From an uncultured Novosphingobium sp. (GTDB lineage: Bacteria; Pseudomonadota; Alphaproteobacteria; Sphingomonadales; Sphingomonadaceae): a stretch of DNA of 64,000 nt. The notes below the pieces were generated by a model, which made no database searches, was not told the origin of the DNA, and worked only from the letters and a program-made list of their open reading frames with translations. The position numbers and the translations under genes were made by a program. The stretch is taken from NCBI GenBank assembly GCA_965140495.1, contig OZ223239.1, positions 2,219,678-2,283,677 of the forward strand. The letters run 5' to 3'. Positions 40,829 through 50,201 of this stretch are shown here, piece by piece; position 1 is the first letter of the stretch; each line of letters begins with the position of its first letter.

Positions 40829-41566
40829 ATGTTTCCGCGCAGAGGCCCCGTTATTGCTGCTTTGACAGTGGTGCTGTGCGCCTGCCAGCCGCAACCCGCG
40901 GATGACGGCAGGCCCGAGGCTGCGCGAAACTTTCCCGTCGCCGACCGGCCCGTTTCCAAGGCCGCGCAAGACCTGTTCGCCTCCGAAGTTCAGCGCGACA
41001 GCGTGAACGAGGCGACGGTGGTCATGGACCTCGCCAATATCGAGCCGGGCATGAGCGTGGCGGATATCGGCGCGGGCGAGGGGTATTACACCGTGCGCCT
41101 TGCCGAGCGCGTCGGCGCGAAGGGCCGGGTACTGGCCGAGGACATCAATCCCGCCGCGACCGAGCGCCTGGGATCGCGCGTGATGCGGGAAGGCCTGGAG
41201 AACGTTTCCATCAAGGTGGGGACTGCGGAAAACCCGAACCTTCCGGCTAACAGTTTCGACCGCATTTTCATGGTTCACATGTACCACGAGGTTTCCGAAC
41301 CTTACGCCTTTCTCTGGCGGCTGCGCCCGGCGCTGCGGCCGGGAGGAAAGGTGATCGTGGTCGATGTTGATCGGCCCACCGATATGCACGGTATTCCGCC
41401 ATCGCTTCTCTTTTGCGAATTGGCCTCGGTGGGCTTTCGTTTGACTGAATTTGTTCGTAAGCCGGAACTGCAAGGCTATTATGCGCAGTTCGAAGCCGTG
41501 GGTGCGCGGCCGGCGCCCGAGAACATTACACCCTGCCGCGTATCGGGCGATACGCAGGCGGATTGA
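40829..41566 (+). CDS. class I SAM-dependent methyltransferase with N-terminal hydrophobic/lipobox-like leader
   Basis: Track ORF 40181..41566 trimmed to ATG 40829. SAM motif VADIGAGEGYYT. N-terminus is MFPRRGPVIAALTVVLCAC. Confidence 0.7.
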   Translation: MFPRRGPVIAALTVVLCACQPQPADDGRPEAARNFPVADRPVSKAAQDLFASEVQRDSVNEATVVMDLANIEPGMSVADIGAGEGYYTVRLAERVGAKGRVLAEDINPAATERLGSRVMREGLENVSIKVGTAENPNLPANSFDRIFMVHMYHEVSEPYAFLWRLRPALRPGGKVIVVDVDRPTDMHGIPPSLLFCELASVGFRLTEFVRKPELQGYYAQFEAVGARPAPENITPCRVSGDTQAD

Positions 41567-41617
41567 GAGCAACGGGCAACGGCACAGCGCATTGCCAGGG
41601 GAAAGACGTAAGAGGAT

Positions 41618-43024
41618 ATGAGTTTCAAAGGTCTCAAGCCGATTGTCTACGGCGGCCGCGAAGTCTGGCCGCTGGTCGAAGGCGGCAAGGGTGTGTCCGC
41701 GACCAACCACATGAGTTCGGGCGCATGGGCCGCGGCCGGCGGTATCGGCACGATCAGTGCAGTCAACGCCGACAGCTACGATGCCGAAGGCAAGATCGTC
41801 CCGCAGGTCTACAACGCCCTGACCCGCAAGGAGCGCCACGAGGAACTGATCCAGTATGCCATCGACGGCGCCGTGGAGCAGGTGCGCCGCGCCTACGACA
41901 TCGCCGGCGGCAAGGGCGCGATCAACATCAACGTGCTGTGGGAAATGGGCGGCGCCCAGCAGGTTCTCGAAGGCGTGCTGGAAAAGACCAGGGGCATGGT
42001 CACCGGCGTGACCTGCGGCGCGGGCATGCCCTACAAGCTTTCCGAAATCGCCGAGCGTTTCAACGTCCACTATCTCCCGATCGTCAGCTCCGGCCGTGCC
42101 TTCCGCGCGCTGTGGAAGCGCGCCTATCACAAGGTGTCGCAGCTGATGGCGGCAGTGGTCTATGAAGACCCCTGGCTCGCCGGTGGCCACAACGGCCTTT
42201 CCAATGCCGAAGATCCGCTCAAGCCCGAAGATCCCTATCCGCGCGTGAAGGCGCTGCGCGATGTCATGCGCAAGGAAGGCATCTCCGACGAGGTGCCGAT
42301 CGTGATGGCCGGCGGTGTGTGGTACCTGCGCGACTGGGACGAGTGGATCGACAATCCGGAACTGGGCACGATCGCATTCCAGTTCGGCACCCGTCCGCTG
42401 CTGACCAAGGAAAGCCCCATTCCGCAGGAGTGGAAGGACGAACTGCGCAATCTCGAACCCGGCGACGTGCTGCTGCACCGCTTCTCGCCGACCGGCTTCT
42501 ATTCCTCGGCCGTGCGCAACTCTTTCCTGCGCAATCTCGAAGCGCGTTCGGAGCGCCAGATTCCCTACTCCAAGGTCGAAGCGGGCGAGCATACCGTGCG
42601 GCTCGACGTCGGCGTGAAGGGCAAGAACTTCTGGGTAACGCCCAAGGATCTCGACCGTGCCCGCGCATGGTCGGCACAGGGCTATACCGATGGCCTGCGG
42701 ACGCCCGACGACACGATCATCTTCGTTTCGCCCGAAGAGCGTGACGAAATCCGTCAGGATCAGGCCGACTGCATGGGCTGCCTGTCGCACTGCGGCTTCT
42801 CGTCGTGGAAGGATCACGACGACTACACCACCGGCCGCTTGGCCGATCCGCGCAGCTTCTGCATCCAGAAGACTCTGCAGGACATCGCGCATGGTGGTCC
42901 GGTCGACAAGAACCTGATGTTCGCGGGCCACGCGGCCTATCAGTTCAAGAAGGATCCGTTCTATTCCAACGGCTTCACGCCGACAGTTAAGGAACTGGTC
43001 GACCGCATCCTGACGGGCGACTGA
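41618..43024 (+). CDS. nitronate monooxygenase / 2-nitropropane dioxygenase family flavoprotein (long form)
   Basis: Track ORF of 468 aa. TIM-barrel FMN-type layout (GGIGTIS, VTCGAGMP, IVMAGGV). Family assignment is from memory. Confidence 0.6.
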   Translation: MSFKGLKPIVYGGREVWPLVEGGKGVSATNHMSSGAWAAAGGIGTISAVNADSYDAEGKIVPQVYNALTRKERHEELIQYAIDGAVEQVRRAYDIAGGKGAININVLWEMGGAQQVLEGVLEKTRGMVTGVTCGAGMPYKLSEIAERFNVHYLPIVSSGRAFRALWKRAYHKVSQLMAAVVYEDPWLAGGHNGLSNAEDPLKPEDPYPRVKALRDVMRKEGISDEVPIVMAGGVWYLRDWDEWIDNPELGTIAFQFGTRPLLTKESPIPQEWKDELRNLEPGDVLLHRFSPTGFYSSAVRNSFLRNLEARSERQIPYSKVEAGEHTVRLDVGVKGKNFWVTPKDLDRARAWSAQGYTDGLRTPDDTIIFVSPEERDEIRQDQADCMGCLSHCGFSSWKDHDDYTTGRLADPRSFCIQKTLQDIAHGGPVDKNLMFAGHAAYQFKKDPFYSNGFTPTVKELVDRILTGD

Positions 43025-43044
43025 TCGGTCCAGCACCAAGCGTT

Positions 43045-43563
43045 TCAGGCGGCCGGTTCGGGATTCCCCGGGCCGGCCGTTTCGTTTTCACGGTCCGTGC
43101 GCGGATCGGAGCCGTAGCGGTTCGCGCCTTTCCTGCCCGGCACGATCAGCAAGGCAATGTAGAGCCACGCGAAGGGCAGGAACAGCAGCCAGTCGACATA
43201 GGATAGCGGCGCTTCGATCATGGCGCGGGTTTCCCAGCCTCCCAGCAGCGAGGCCAGTTCAAGCCCAATGCTTCTGGCGACGACGAGGATCAGCAGTACC
43301 GTCCATTTACCGCTGAGGCCGCAGTCGTGCAGTCGCCTGACCGACAGGGCGAAGAGTGGGACGATGGCCAGCGTGGTGGCCGCGAAGCGCAGCCATGTGG
43401 CGACGGTGTCGGGCAGGAAGAAGCCTGCCAGTCCGGCCAGGATGGCACACAAGAGCTGCGATACGACGATGTAGACGATCACCTCGGTGCGCCGGGCGCG
43501 GCCCGAGGTCGTGAAGGTGCGGCGGATCGCCTGACCGAAGAGCGGGAGGTCGCCTGTCATCAT
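43045..43563 (-). CDS. DUF805 family inner-membrane protein
   Basis: Track ORF of 172 aa. N-terminal FTTSGRARRTE followed by TM helices and RLHDCGLSG, typical of DUF805. Confidence 0.75.
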   Translation of the reverse strand: MMTGDLPLFGQAIRRTFTTSGRARRTEVIVYIVVSQLLCAILAGLAGFFLPDTVATWLRFAATTLAIVPLFALSVRRLHDCGLSGKWTVLLILVVARSIGLELASLLGGWETRAMIEAPLSYVDWLLFLPFAWLYIALLIVPGRKGANRYGSDPRTDRENETAGPGNPEPAA

Positions 43564-43591
43564 GCGATCTCCCGCTGCTTCGCCGTTCTTG

Positions 43592-44896
43592 TCAATCGAA
43601 TTCCCAGGCCCGCTCGCCGTGGCTGGTGATGTCGAGGCCTTCGCGCTCGGCGTCTTCGGATACGCGCATCGGGAAGACCATCGAGGCCATGAGGGCGAGG
43701 ATGACCGAAGCGATCACCGACCAGATGATCGTGATGCCCACGCCGATCAGCTGCGCGAAGGTCTGTGCGACCATGTTCATACCGTCGGCATAGCCGACAC
43801 CGCCCAGACTCTCGGACATGAAGAGGCCGAGCATCACCGAGCCGAGCATGCCGCCGACGCCGTGTACGGCGAAGACGTCGAGCGAGTCGTCGATTTGCAG
43901 CTTCTGCTTCACCAGCTGGATTGCGAAGTAGCACACGACGGCACCCGCTGCGCCGAACAGGATCGCGGCGCCAGGGGAGATGAACCCGGCAGCCGGGGTG
44001 ACGGTGGCAAGGCCGGCGATGGCGCCGGTCGCGAAGCCGACGCTGGTGGGCTTGCCGACCATGATCCGCTCGACCAGCAGCCACACCATCGCGGCGGTGG
44101 CCGCAGCGGCATGGGTGGCGATGATCGCCGCGGCGGCATCGTCGTTGGCCTGCAAAGCGGAGCCGCCGTTGAAACCGAACCAGCCGACCCACAGCAGCGC
44201 GGCACCGGCCATGGTGAGGGCAGGGCTGTGCGGCAGCATGAGCGTCTGCGGGTAACCCTTGCGCTTGCCCAGCATCACCGCAATCACCAGCGCGGAGACA
44301 CCGGCGGTGGTGTGGATGACGATGCCGCCGGCCCAGTCAAGCGTGCCGACACCGGCGGAAAGCCAGCCGCCGCCCCAGATCCAGTGTGTGACCGGGGCGT
44401 AGACCACGAGGCTCCACAACGCGCAGAAGGTGATAACCCAGCCGAAGCGGGCGCGATCGACCCAGGCGCCGGCCATGAGGGCGGGCGTGATCGCCGCGAA
44501 CGTCATCTGGAACAGTACGAAGGCGCTTTCGGGCACGGTGGTGCTTTCGCGCACGTTGCCGAGCGATATCAGCATCCACGCGTTGCCGCCGCCCAGCCAG
44601 CCGTTGGTGACGCTGCCGAAGCTCAGTGTGTAGCCGACCACGATCCATACCAGCGATGCGACGGCGGCGATGGCGCCGCACTGTACGAGCACCGACAGGA
44701 AGTTCTTCGTCCGGACCAGACCGCCATAGAACAGCGAAAGGCCCGGCATCGCCATGAGCAAGACCAGCGCCGAACTCGCGAGCAGCCAGGCGGTGTCGCC
44801 GCTGTTGGCGACGTCGAGCTGACCGTCCTGGGCGAAAGCCACGCCCGGTAGGACAGCGAGTACGGCTGCAAGTGCCAACAGGCGCGGCTTGGTCAT
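43592..44896 (-). CDS. amtB: ammonium transporter
   Basis: Track ORF 43592..44938 trimmed to ATG 44896, preceded by AGGGGGAA. Signal peptide MTKPRLLALAAVLAVLPGVAFA. Amt family helices and VHGVGGMLG. Confidence 0.9.
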   Translation of the reverse strand: MTKPRLLALAAVLAVLPGVAFAQDGQLDVANSGDTAWLLASSALVLLMAMPGLSLFYGGLVRTKNFLSVLVQCGAIAAVASLVWIVVGYTLSFGSVTNGWLGGGNAWMLISLGNVRESTTVPESAFVLFQMTFAAITPALMAGAWVDRARFGWVITFCALWSLVVYAPVTHWIWGGGWLSAGVGTLDWAGGIVIHTTAGVSALVIAVMLGKRKGYPQTLMLPHSPALTMAGAALLWVGWFGFNGGSALQANDDAAAAIIATHAAAATAAMVWLLVERIMVGKPTSVGFATGAIAGLATVTPAAGFISPGAAILFGAAGAVVCYFAIQLVKQKLQIDDSLDVFAVHGVGGMLGSVMLGLFMSESLGGVGYADGMNMVAQTFAQLIGVGITIIWSVIASVILALMASMVFPMRVSEDAEREGLDITSHGERAWEFD

Positions 44897-45026
44897 CGAC
44901 TGTGTTCCCCCTTCAGGCCGCACCTTTGGTGCTGGCACTGTATTCCTCTTGGGCAGGCCTTAGAGCAGGAAATCGCCGCAAGACAAGCGCTTGCTGGCGA
45001 ATATGCGTCGGCTTGCCCGAACCGGG

Positions 45027-46046
45027 TCAGGGCAGATCGGGCAGGACCATGTCCGGCGGACGGTGCCCGTCGACCCAGAAACGGATGTTGGCGATGATCC
45101 GCTCGCCCGCAGCGCCGCGCCCTTCGTAAGTCGCGCTGCCGAGGTGCGGCATGGCGACGACGCCGGGCAGGGCGAGCAGGCGCGGATCGACCTTGGGCTC
45201 GTTGGCGAAGACGTCGAGCCCCGCGCCGGCGATTCGGCCTTCGGAGAGCGCCGCGATCAGCGCTTGCTCGTCGATGAGCTGGCCGCGTCCGGTGTTCACG
45301 ATGCAGGCGGTCGGCTTCATCAGCGCAAGCCGGCGCGCATCGAACAGGTTTACGGTTTCGGGTCCGGCCGGGCAGTGCAGCGAGAGGATGTCCGCCTCGG
45401 CGGTCAGCCTGTCGAGGTCGGGCTCGTAGCGGGCGGAGAACATGTTCTCGAGCGCGGCGGGCTGGCGATTGCGGTTGTGATAGCGGATTTCCATGCCGAA
45501 AGCCTTGGCGCGGTGCGCGACCGCCTGGCCGATGCGGCCCATACCGACGATGCCCAGCGTCTTGCCCATCAGCGAGTGGCCGAGCATTTCCGACGGGCCC
45601 CAACCGGCCCACTTGCCTTCGCGCAGGATCTTCACGTTCTCGCTGAACCGCCGCGAGACAAGAATGATCAGCGCCAGCGTCAGGTCGGCGGTGTCGTCGG
45701 TGAAGACGCCGGGGGTGTTGGTGACGACGATCTTGCGGGCGCGGGCTGCGGCGATGTCGATGTGCTCGGTACCGGCGCCGAAGCTGGCTATCAGACCGAG
45801 CCTGTCGCCGGCCTGCGCGATCAGTTCGGCATCGATCGAGTCGGTGACGGTGGGCACCAGCACGTCGCATTCGCGCATGGCGGCGGCCAGTTCGTCGCGC
45901 GTCATCTGCCGGTCCTCGGCATTGAGCGATACGTCGAACAGTTCGCTCATGCGCGCTTCCACCTCGGGCAGAAGCTTTCGCGTGACCACCACGCGCGGGC
46001 GGGGTGGGTGAGGAGGGGCGGACGTGTCGCTTGCCGGTGCCGTCAT
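45027..46046 (-). CDS. D-2-hydroxyacid dehydrogenase (glyoxylate/hydroxypyruvate reductase-like)
   Basis: Track ORF of 339 aa. NAD-binding GIVGMGRIGQAV. C-terminal MPHLGSAT. Confidence 0.85.
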   Translation of the reverse strand: MTAPASDTSAPPHPPRPRVVVTRKLLPEVEARMSELFDVSLNAEDRQMTRDELAAAMRECDVLVPTVTDSIDAELIAQAGDRLGLIASFGAGTEHIDIAAARARKIVVTNTPGVFTDDTADLTLALIILVSRRFSENVKILREGKWAGWGPSEMLGHSLMGKTLGIVGMGRIGQAVAHRAKAFGMEIRYHNRNRQPAALENMFSARYEPDLDRLTAEADILSLHCPAGPETVNLFDARRLALMKPTACIVNTGRGQLIDEQALIAALSEGRIAGAGLDVFANEPKVDPRLLALPGVVAMPHLGSATYEGRGAAGERIIANIRFWVDGHRPPDMVLPDLP

Positions 46047-46124
46047 GGTTACCGGCTATGCCTTCCACAGGGGGGCGGTCAAGGAGCCTTGATGCTTCGA
46101 TCAAGCGCGGAGTAAGGATCGGGC

Positions 46125-46598
46125 ATGAAACGCCCCGTCTGGATTCTGCTTCTGCTTGCGCTGTGTGCTCTGTCTGCGCCCGCCCGGGCCGACGATGAGG
46201 ACAAGGTTCCCTACTGGGCTTCGATCGATGCGGACGTCGCCAACATGCGCGTCGGGCCGGGCAATACCTACCGGATCGAGTGGGTCTATCGCCGGCTGCA
46301 TCTGCCGGTGAAGATCATCCGCCGCGAAGGCGCGTGGCGTCAGATCGAAGATCCGGCGGGCGACAAGGGCTGGATGCGCGACCTGCTGCTCTCGCGTCAG
46401 CGCGGGGCCATAGTCACCGGCGACGATCTGATCGAGATGCATGCCGAGGCCAGCGACTCGTCGCCGATGCTCTGGCGCGTGGAGCCCGGTGTCGTCGGGC
46501 TGCTTGGCGATTGCGAAGCCGGATGGTGCGCGTTCGATGCCGACGGGCACAAGGGTTTCGTGCGCGAAGACGCCCTGTGGGGCGCAGGCGAGCCCTGA
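46125..46598 (+). CDS. exported SH3-like (DUF1058) domain protein
   Basis: Track ORF of 157 aa. Signal peptide, then two SH3-like segments (ANMRVGPGNTYRIEWVY, GWCAFDADGHKGFV). Confidence 0.7.
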   Translation: MKRPVWILLLLALCALSAPARADDEDKVPYWASIDADVANMRVGPGNTYRIEWVYRRLHLPVKIIRREGAWRQIEDPAGDKGWMRDLLLSRQRGAIVTGDDLIEMHAEASDSSPMLWRVEPGVVGLLGDCEAGWCAFDADGHKGFVREDALWGAGEP

Positions 46599-46879
46599 CA
46601 GCCGGGCATTCGCGCAAACTTCTCTAACTTTGTCCACTCTCGCCATGGCGAATTCTCACGAAAATCAAGCGAATCCATAGGCTTGGATCGTCGCTATCTT
46701 CGCGCGTCGGACGAGCGCGTGATTTACCGGTTCAAAGAGCGGGCACAGGAGTGCCGGGCGCAGTGTGACCGACTGTGGTCGAGTAGGAAACGGGAGGCCA
46801 TCTCGCGCATCGGCTGCGCATGAGAGGGATTGCCCGATCGCCTCGAATTCTATATTTCGATAATTGTCTAAGTATAGGA

Positions 46880-47224
46880 ATGATGATGGAAGCCGACCAG
46901 ATCATACGCGCCTTGTCCGCGCTGGCGCAGGAGCATCGACTCGCTGCGTACCGGCTGCTGGTGCAGGCGGGCGAGGGCGGCATTCCCGCCGGAGCGCTTG
47001 CCGAACAGCTCGATGTGCCGCCGTCCTCGATGAGCTTCCACCTCGCCCAGCTTGCCAATGCCGGGCTTGTCACGCAGCGGCGCGAAAGTCGCTCGATCAT
47101 CTATTCGGCCGACTACGCCGCGATGAACGGCGTGATGGGCTACCTCACCGAAAACTGCTGCGGCGGTGTGCCGTGCAGCGACTCGACCGATTGCCGTCCC
47201 GATCCCCAACGAAAGAGCGCCTGA
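46880..47224 (+). CDS. arsR: ArsR family metalloregulator with C-terminal Cys cluster
   Basis: Track ORF 46820..47224; ATG 46880 (MMMEADQ) preferred. Winged HTH region LAEQLDVPPSSMSFHLAQLANAGLV. C-terminal ENCCGGVPC. No ELCVCDL-type site. Confidence 0.8.
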   Translation: MMMEADQIIRALSALAQEHRLAAYRLLVQAGEGGIPAGALAEQLDVPPSSMSFHLAQLANAGLVTQRRESRSIIYSADYAAMNGVMGYLTENCCGGVPCSDSTDCRPDPQRKSA

Positions 47225-47694
47225 TGAAACGCTTCCATGTGCATGTCGGCGTGGCCGACCTCGACAAGTCGATTGCCTTCTACTCCAGCCTGTTCGGTGC
47301 CGAGCCTGCTGTGGTGAAGGACGATTATGCCAAGTGGATGCTCGAGGATCCGCGCATCAACTTCGCCATTTCCATGCGCGAGGATGCGGCCAGGGGGATC
47401 GAGCACATCGGCTTGCAGGTGGAGGACAAGGCCGAACTCTCGCAGGTCTACGAGCGCCTCGCCGCCGCCGATCGCCCGGTGCTGGAAGAAGGCGCGACGA
47501 CCTGCTGCTATGCGAAGTCGGAAAAGAGCTGGATCGCCGATCCCGACGGGGTGGTCTGGGAAGCCTTCCTGACCGAGGGCGAAAGCACGACATACGGCGG
47601 CAGCCCCGATTTCGACCAGCTCGCCTCGGCCAATGCCGCGCCGGATGCCTGCTGCGCACCAGCGGTCGCGTCGGCCAAGACGTCCTGCTGTTGA
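47224..47694 (+). CDS. arsI: ArsI-like glyoxalase/VOC-fold C-As lyase
   Basis: Part of track ORF 46864..47694. ATG 47224 overlaps the arsR stop. His5, His61 and Glu113 plus the vicinal Cys pair TTCCYAK at 94-95 lie where the ArsI Fe and substrate ligands lie (from memory). Confidence 0.68.
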   Translation: MKRFHVHVGVADLDKSIAFYSSLFGAEPAVVKDDYAKWMLEDPRINFAISMREDAARGIEHIGLQVEDKAELSQVYERLAAADRPVLEEGATTCCYAKSEKSWIADPDGVVWEAFLTEGESTTYGGSPDFDQLASANAAPDACCAPAVASAKTSCC

Positions 47695-47715
47695 TTGCGT
47701 GAGAGGGGGCAGATC

Positions 47716-48786
47716 ATGACAACCAACACTGCCGATATCGATGCCCGCGCGGCGGGTCTGGGGCTGTTCGAGAAGTGGCTCTCGGTCTGGGTCGGCACGG
47801 CGATTCTCGCGGGGATCGCGCTGGGCAATCTCATGCCGCAGCTTTTCGCGGCGCTGGCGGCTGTCGAGTACGCGTCGGTCAATCTCGTCGTCGCGGTGCT
47901 GATCTGGGCGATGATCTTCCCGATGATGGTCGCGGTCGATTTCGGCGCGGTGCGCCGGGTGGGCGACAAGCCCAAGGGCCTGATGATCACGCTGGTGGTG
48001 AACTGGCTGATCAAGCCCTTCACCATGGCCGCGCTGGCGGTGCTGTTCTTCGAGGTCGTCTTCGCCGACCTGATCGCGCCAGCCGATGCCCAGCAGTACA
48101 TCGCCGGCCTGATCCTGCTCGGGGCGGCGCCGTGTACGGCGATGGTCTTCGTGTGGTCGCAGCTCACGCGCGGCGATCCGGCCTATACGCTGGTTCAGGT
48201 GGCTGCGAACGACCTGATCATGATCGTCGCTTTCGCGCCCATCGTCGCGCTGCTGCTGGGCGTGACCGACATTGCCGTGCCGTGGGAGACGCTGCTGCTT
48301 TCGGTCGCGCTCTATGTCGTGGTGCCGCTGGGGGCAGGGGCCTTCGTGCGCCGTCGCCTGCTGGCGAGCCACGGTGGGGACGAGCATGCCGTGTCCGACT
48401 TCACCGGAAGGATGAAGCCGCTTTCGATCGTCGGGTTGCTGTTTACCGTGCTGCTGCTGTTCGGATTTCAGGCCGAGACCATCGTCTCGCGTCCGGTGCT
48501 GATCGCGCTGATTGCCGCGCCGATCATGGTGCAGAGCTACGGGATCTTCTTCCTCGCCTATGGCGCGGCGAAGCTCTGGAAAGTGCCGCATGCGGTCGCG
48601 GCGCCCTGCGCGCTGATCGGGACGTCGAACTTCTTCGAGCTTGCCGTGGCGGTGGCGATCGGGCTGTTCGGGCTTGGTAGCGGCGCGGCGCTGGCAACGG
48701 TGGTGGGTGTGCTGGTGGAAGTGCCGGTGATGTTGTCGCTCGTAGCCTTTGCGAACCGCACGCGGGCGAGTTTTCCGGAAGGATAA
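47716..48786 (+). CDS. acr3: ACR3 family arsenite efflux transporter
   Basis: Track ORF 47695..48786 trimmed to ATG 47716. [19 protein letters not shown] and GAAPCTAMV are typical ACR3 motifs. Confidence 0.9.
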   Translation: MTTNTADIDARAAGLGLFEKWLSVWVGTAILAGIALGNLMPQLFAALAAVEYASVNLVVAVLIWAMIFPMMVAVDFGAVRRVGDKPKGLMITLVVNWLIKPFTMAALAVLFFEVVFADLIAPADAQQYIAGLILLGAAPCTAMVFVWSQLTRGDPAYTLVQVAANDLIMIVAFAPIVALLLGVTDIAVPWETLLLSVALYVVVPLGAGAFVRRRLLASHGGDEHAVSDFTGRMKPLSIVGLLFTVLLLFGFQAETIVSRPVLIALIAAPIMVQSYGIFFLAYGAAKLWKVPHAVAAPCALIGTSNFFELAVAVAIGLFGLGSGAALATVVGVLVEVPVMLSLVAFANRTRASFPEG

Positions 48787-48796
48787 CATTCGCTGA

Positions 48797-48926
48797 TCCT
48801 CCCCGTCGCGAAGCGATGGGGAGGGGGGCCGCCGCGGAGCGGTGGTGGAGGGGCCTGGGAGCAAGATACCCCTCCGTCATTCGCTGGCGCGAATGCCACC
48901 TCCCCATCGCTTCGCGACAGGGAGGA
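48797..48926. repeat. 130-bp MITE-like element with 28-bp terminal inverted repeats
   Basis: TCCTCCCCGTCGCGAAGCGATGGGGAGG at 48797-48824 versus CCTCCCCATCGCTTCGCGACAGGGAGGA at 48899-48926, 27 of 28 complementary. Each arm is itself a small hairpin. Confidence 0.75.
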
Positions 48927-48954
48927 GTGAAAAGGGCGTTCTTTCCCCAAACGA

Positions 48955-48982
48955 AAACCCCCGCCGGTGAGGGCGGGGGTTT
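48955..48982. terminator. bidirectional rho-independent terminator (acr3 / thiolase)
   Basis: AAACCCCCGCC-GGTGAG-GGCGGGGGTTT, perfect 11-bp stem with T-runs on both strands. Confidence 0.85.
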
Positions 48983-49007
48983 CCTGTTTCGCGTCAGGAT
49001 AGCGGGA

Positions 49008-50201
49008 TCACGGCATCTCGATCGCGACGGCCGTGGCTTCACCGCCGCCGATGCAGAGGCTGGCGACGCCCTTCTTCAGGCCCTTTTCCTTCATCGCGTT
49101 GATGAGGGTGACGATGATGCGGGTGCCCGAAGCGCCGATCGGGTGACCCAGCGCGGTCGCGCCGCCGTGGATGTTGACCTTGTCGTGCGGAATGCCGAGG
49201 TCCTTCATCGCGAACATCGCGACGCAGGCGAAGGCCTCGTTGATTTCGAACAGGTCGACGTCGGAGAGCTTCCAGCCCACCTTGTCCATCAGCTTGGTGA
49301 TCGCACCGACCGGCGCGGTGGTGAACTTGGCCGGCTCCTGCGCGTGGGCGGAAACGCCGACGACGGTGGCGATGGGCGAGAGGCCCTTGGCTTCAGCCAC
49401 GCTCTTGCGGCTCAGCACCATGGCGGCGGCGCCGTCCGAGATCGAGCTGGAGCTGGCGGCGGTGATCGTGCCGTCCTTGGCGAAAGCGGCGCGCAGGGTG
49501 CGGATCTTGTCCGGGTTGCCCTTGGGCGGCTGCTCGTCGGTGTCGACGACGACTTCACCCTTGCGGGTGTTCACGGTGACGGGAACGACTTCGTTCTTGA
49601 AGGCGCCGCTGTCGATGGCGTCCACGGCGCGGCGCAGCGACTCGATGGCGTAGTCGTCCTGGCTTTCGCGGGTGAGCTGGTATTCATCGGCGCTGACCTG
49701 CGCGAACGAGCCCATCGAGCCGCCTTCGTAGGCGTCTTCGAGGCCGTCGAGGAACATGTGATCGTAAAGCGTGTCGTGACCGGCGCGGGCGCCGCCACGG
49801 TGCTTCTTCGAAAGGTACGGCGCGTTGGTCATCGACTCCATGCCGCCGGCGACGACGACGTCGAGCGAACCGGCCGCGAGGGCTTCGGCGCCCATGATGA
49901 CGGTCTGCATGCCCGAGCCGCAGACCTTGTTGACGGTCGTGGCCTGGACCGACTTGGGCAGGCCGGCCTTGATCGCGGCCTGGCGGGCAGGGGCCTGGCC
50001 GAGACCGGCGGGAAGCACGCAGCCCATGTAGATGCGCTCGATGTCGTCACCGGCGACTCCGGCGCGCTCCACGGCGGCCTTGACCGCGGTGGCGCCGAGG
50101 TCGGTCGCGGCGACTTCGGCGAAGGCGCCCTGAAGGCCGCCCATGGGCGTACGGGCGTAGGAAAGAATGACGATCGGGTCGGAAGCCGAAATCTGGGCCA
50201 T
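49008..50201 (-). CDS. acetyl-CoA C-acetyltransferase (thiolase II)
   Basis: Track ORF of 397 aa. Active-site VNKVCGSGMQ and C-terminal LCIGGGEATA. Confidence 0.92.
   Translation of the reverse strand: MAQISASDPIVILSYARTPMGGLQGAFAEVAATDLGATAVKAAVERAGVAGDDIERIYMGCVLPAGLGQAPARQAAIKAGLPKSVQATTVNKVCGSGMQTVIMGAEALAAGSLDVVVAGGMESMTNAPYLSKKHRGGARAGHDTLYDHMFLDGLEDAYEGGSMGSFAQVSADEYQLTRESQDDYAIESLRRAVDAIDSGAFKNEVVPVTVNTRKGEVVVDTDEQPPKGNPDKIRTLRAAFAKDGTITAASSSSISDGAAAMVLSRKSVAEAKGLSPIATVVGVSAHAQEPAKFTTAPVGAITKLMDKVGWKLSDVDLFEINEAFACVAMFAMKDLGIPHDKVNIHGGATALGHPIGASGTRIIVTLINAMKEKGLKKGVASLCIGGGEATAVAIEMP

Noticed and set aside
38901-43039. 625-aa and 740-aa minus-strand ORFs (38901..40778 and 40817..43039)
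   Set aside because: They are antisense to the peroxiredoxin, prfB, methyltransferase and NMO-family genes, all of which have clear family motifs.
43592-44896. amtB without an adjacent glnK
   Set aside because: This is real as an observation, but alphaproteobacteria often carry several amt paralogues and glnK may be elsewhere. It cannot be evaluated from one window.
44920-44932. Palindrome GCACC-TTT-GGTGC upstream of amtB as a possible NtrC site, plus a sigma-54-like GG/GC pair nearby
   Set aside because: Half-site spacing (3 nt) does not match the NtrC consensus as I remember it (TGCACCA-N3-TGGTGCA). It lies only ~25-35 bp from the start codon. The GG-GC spacing of the nearby candidate is off by one.
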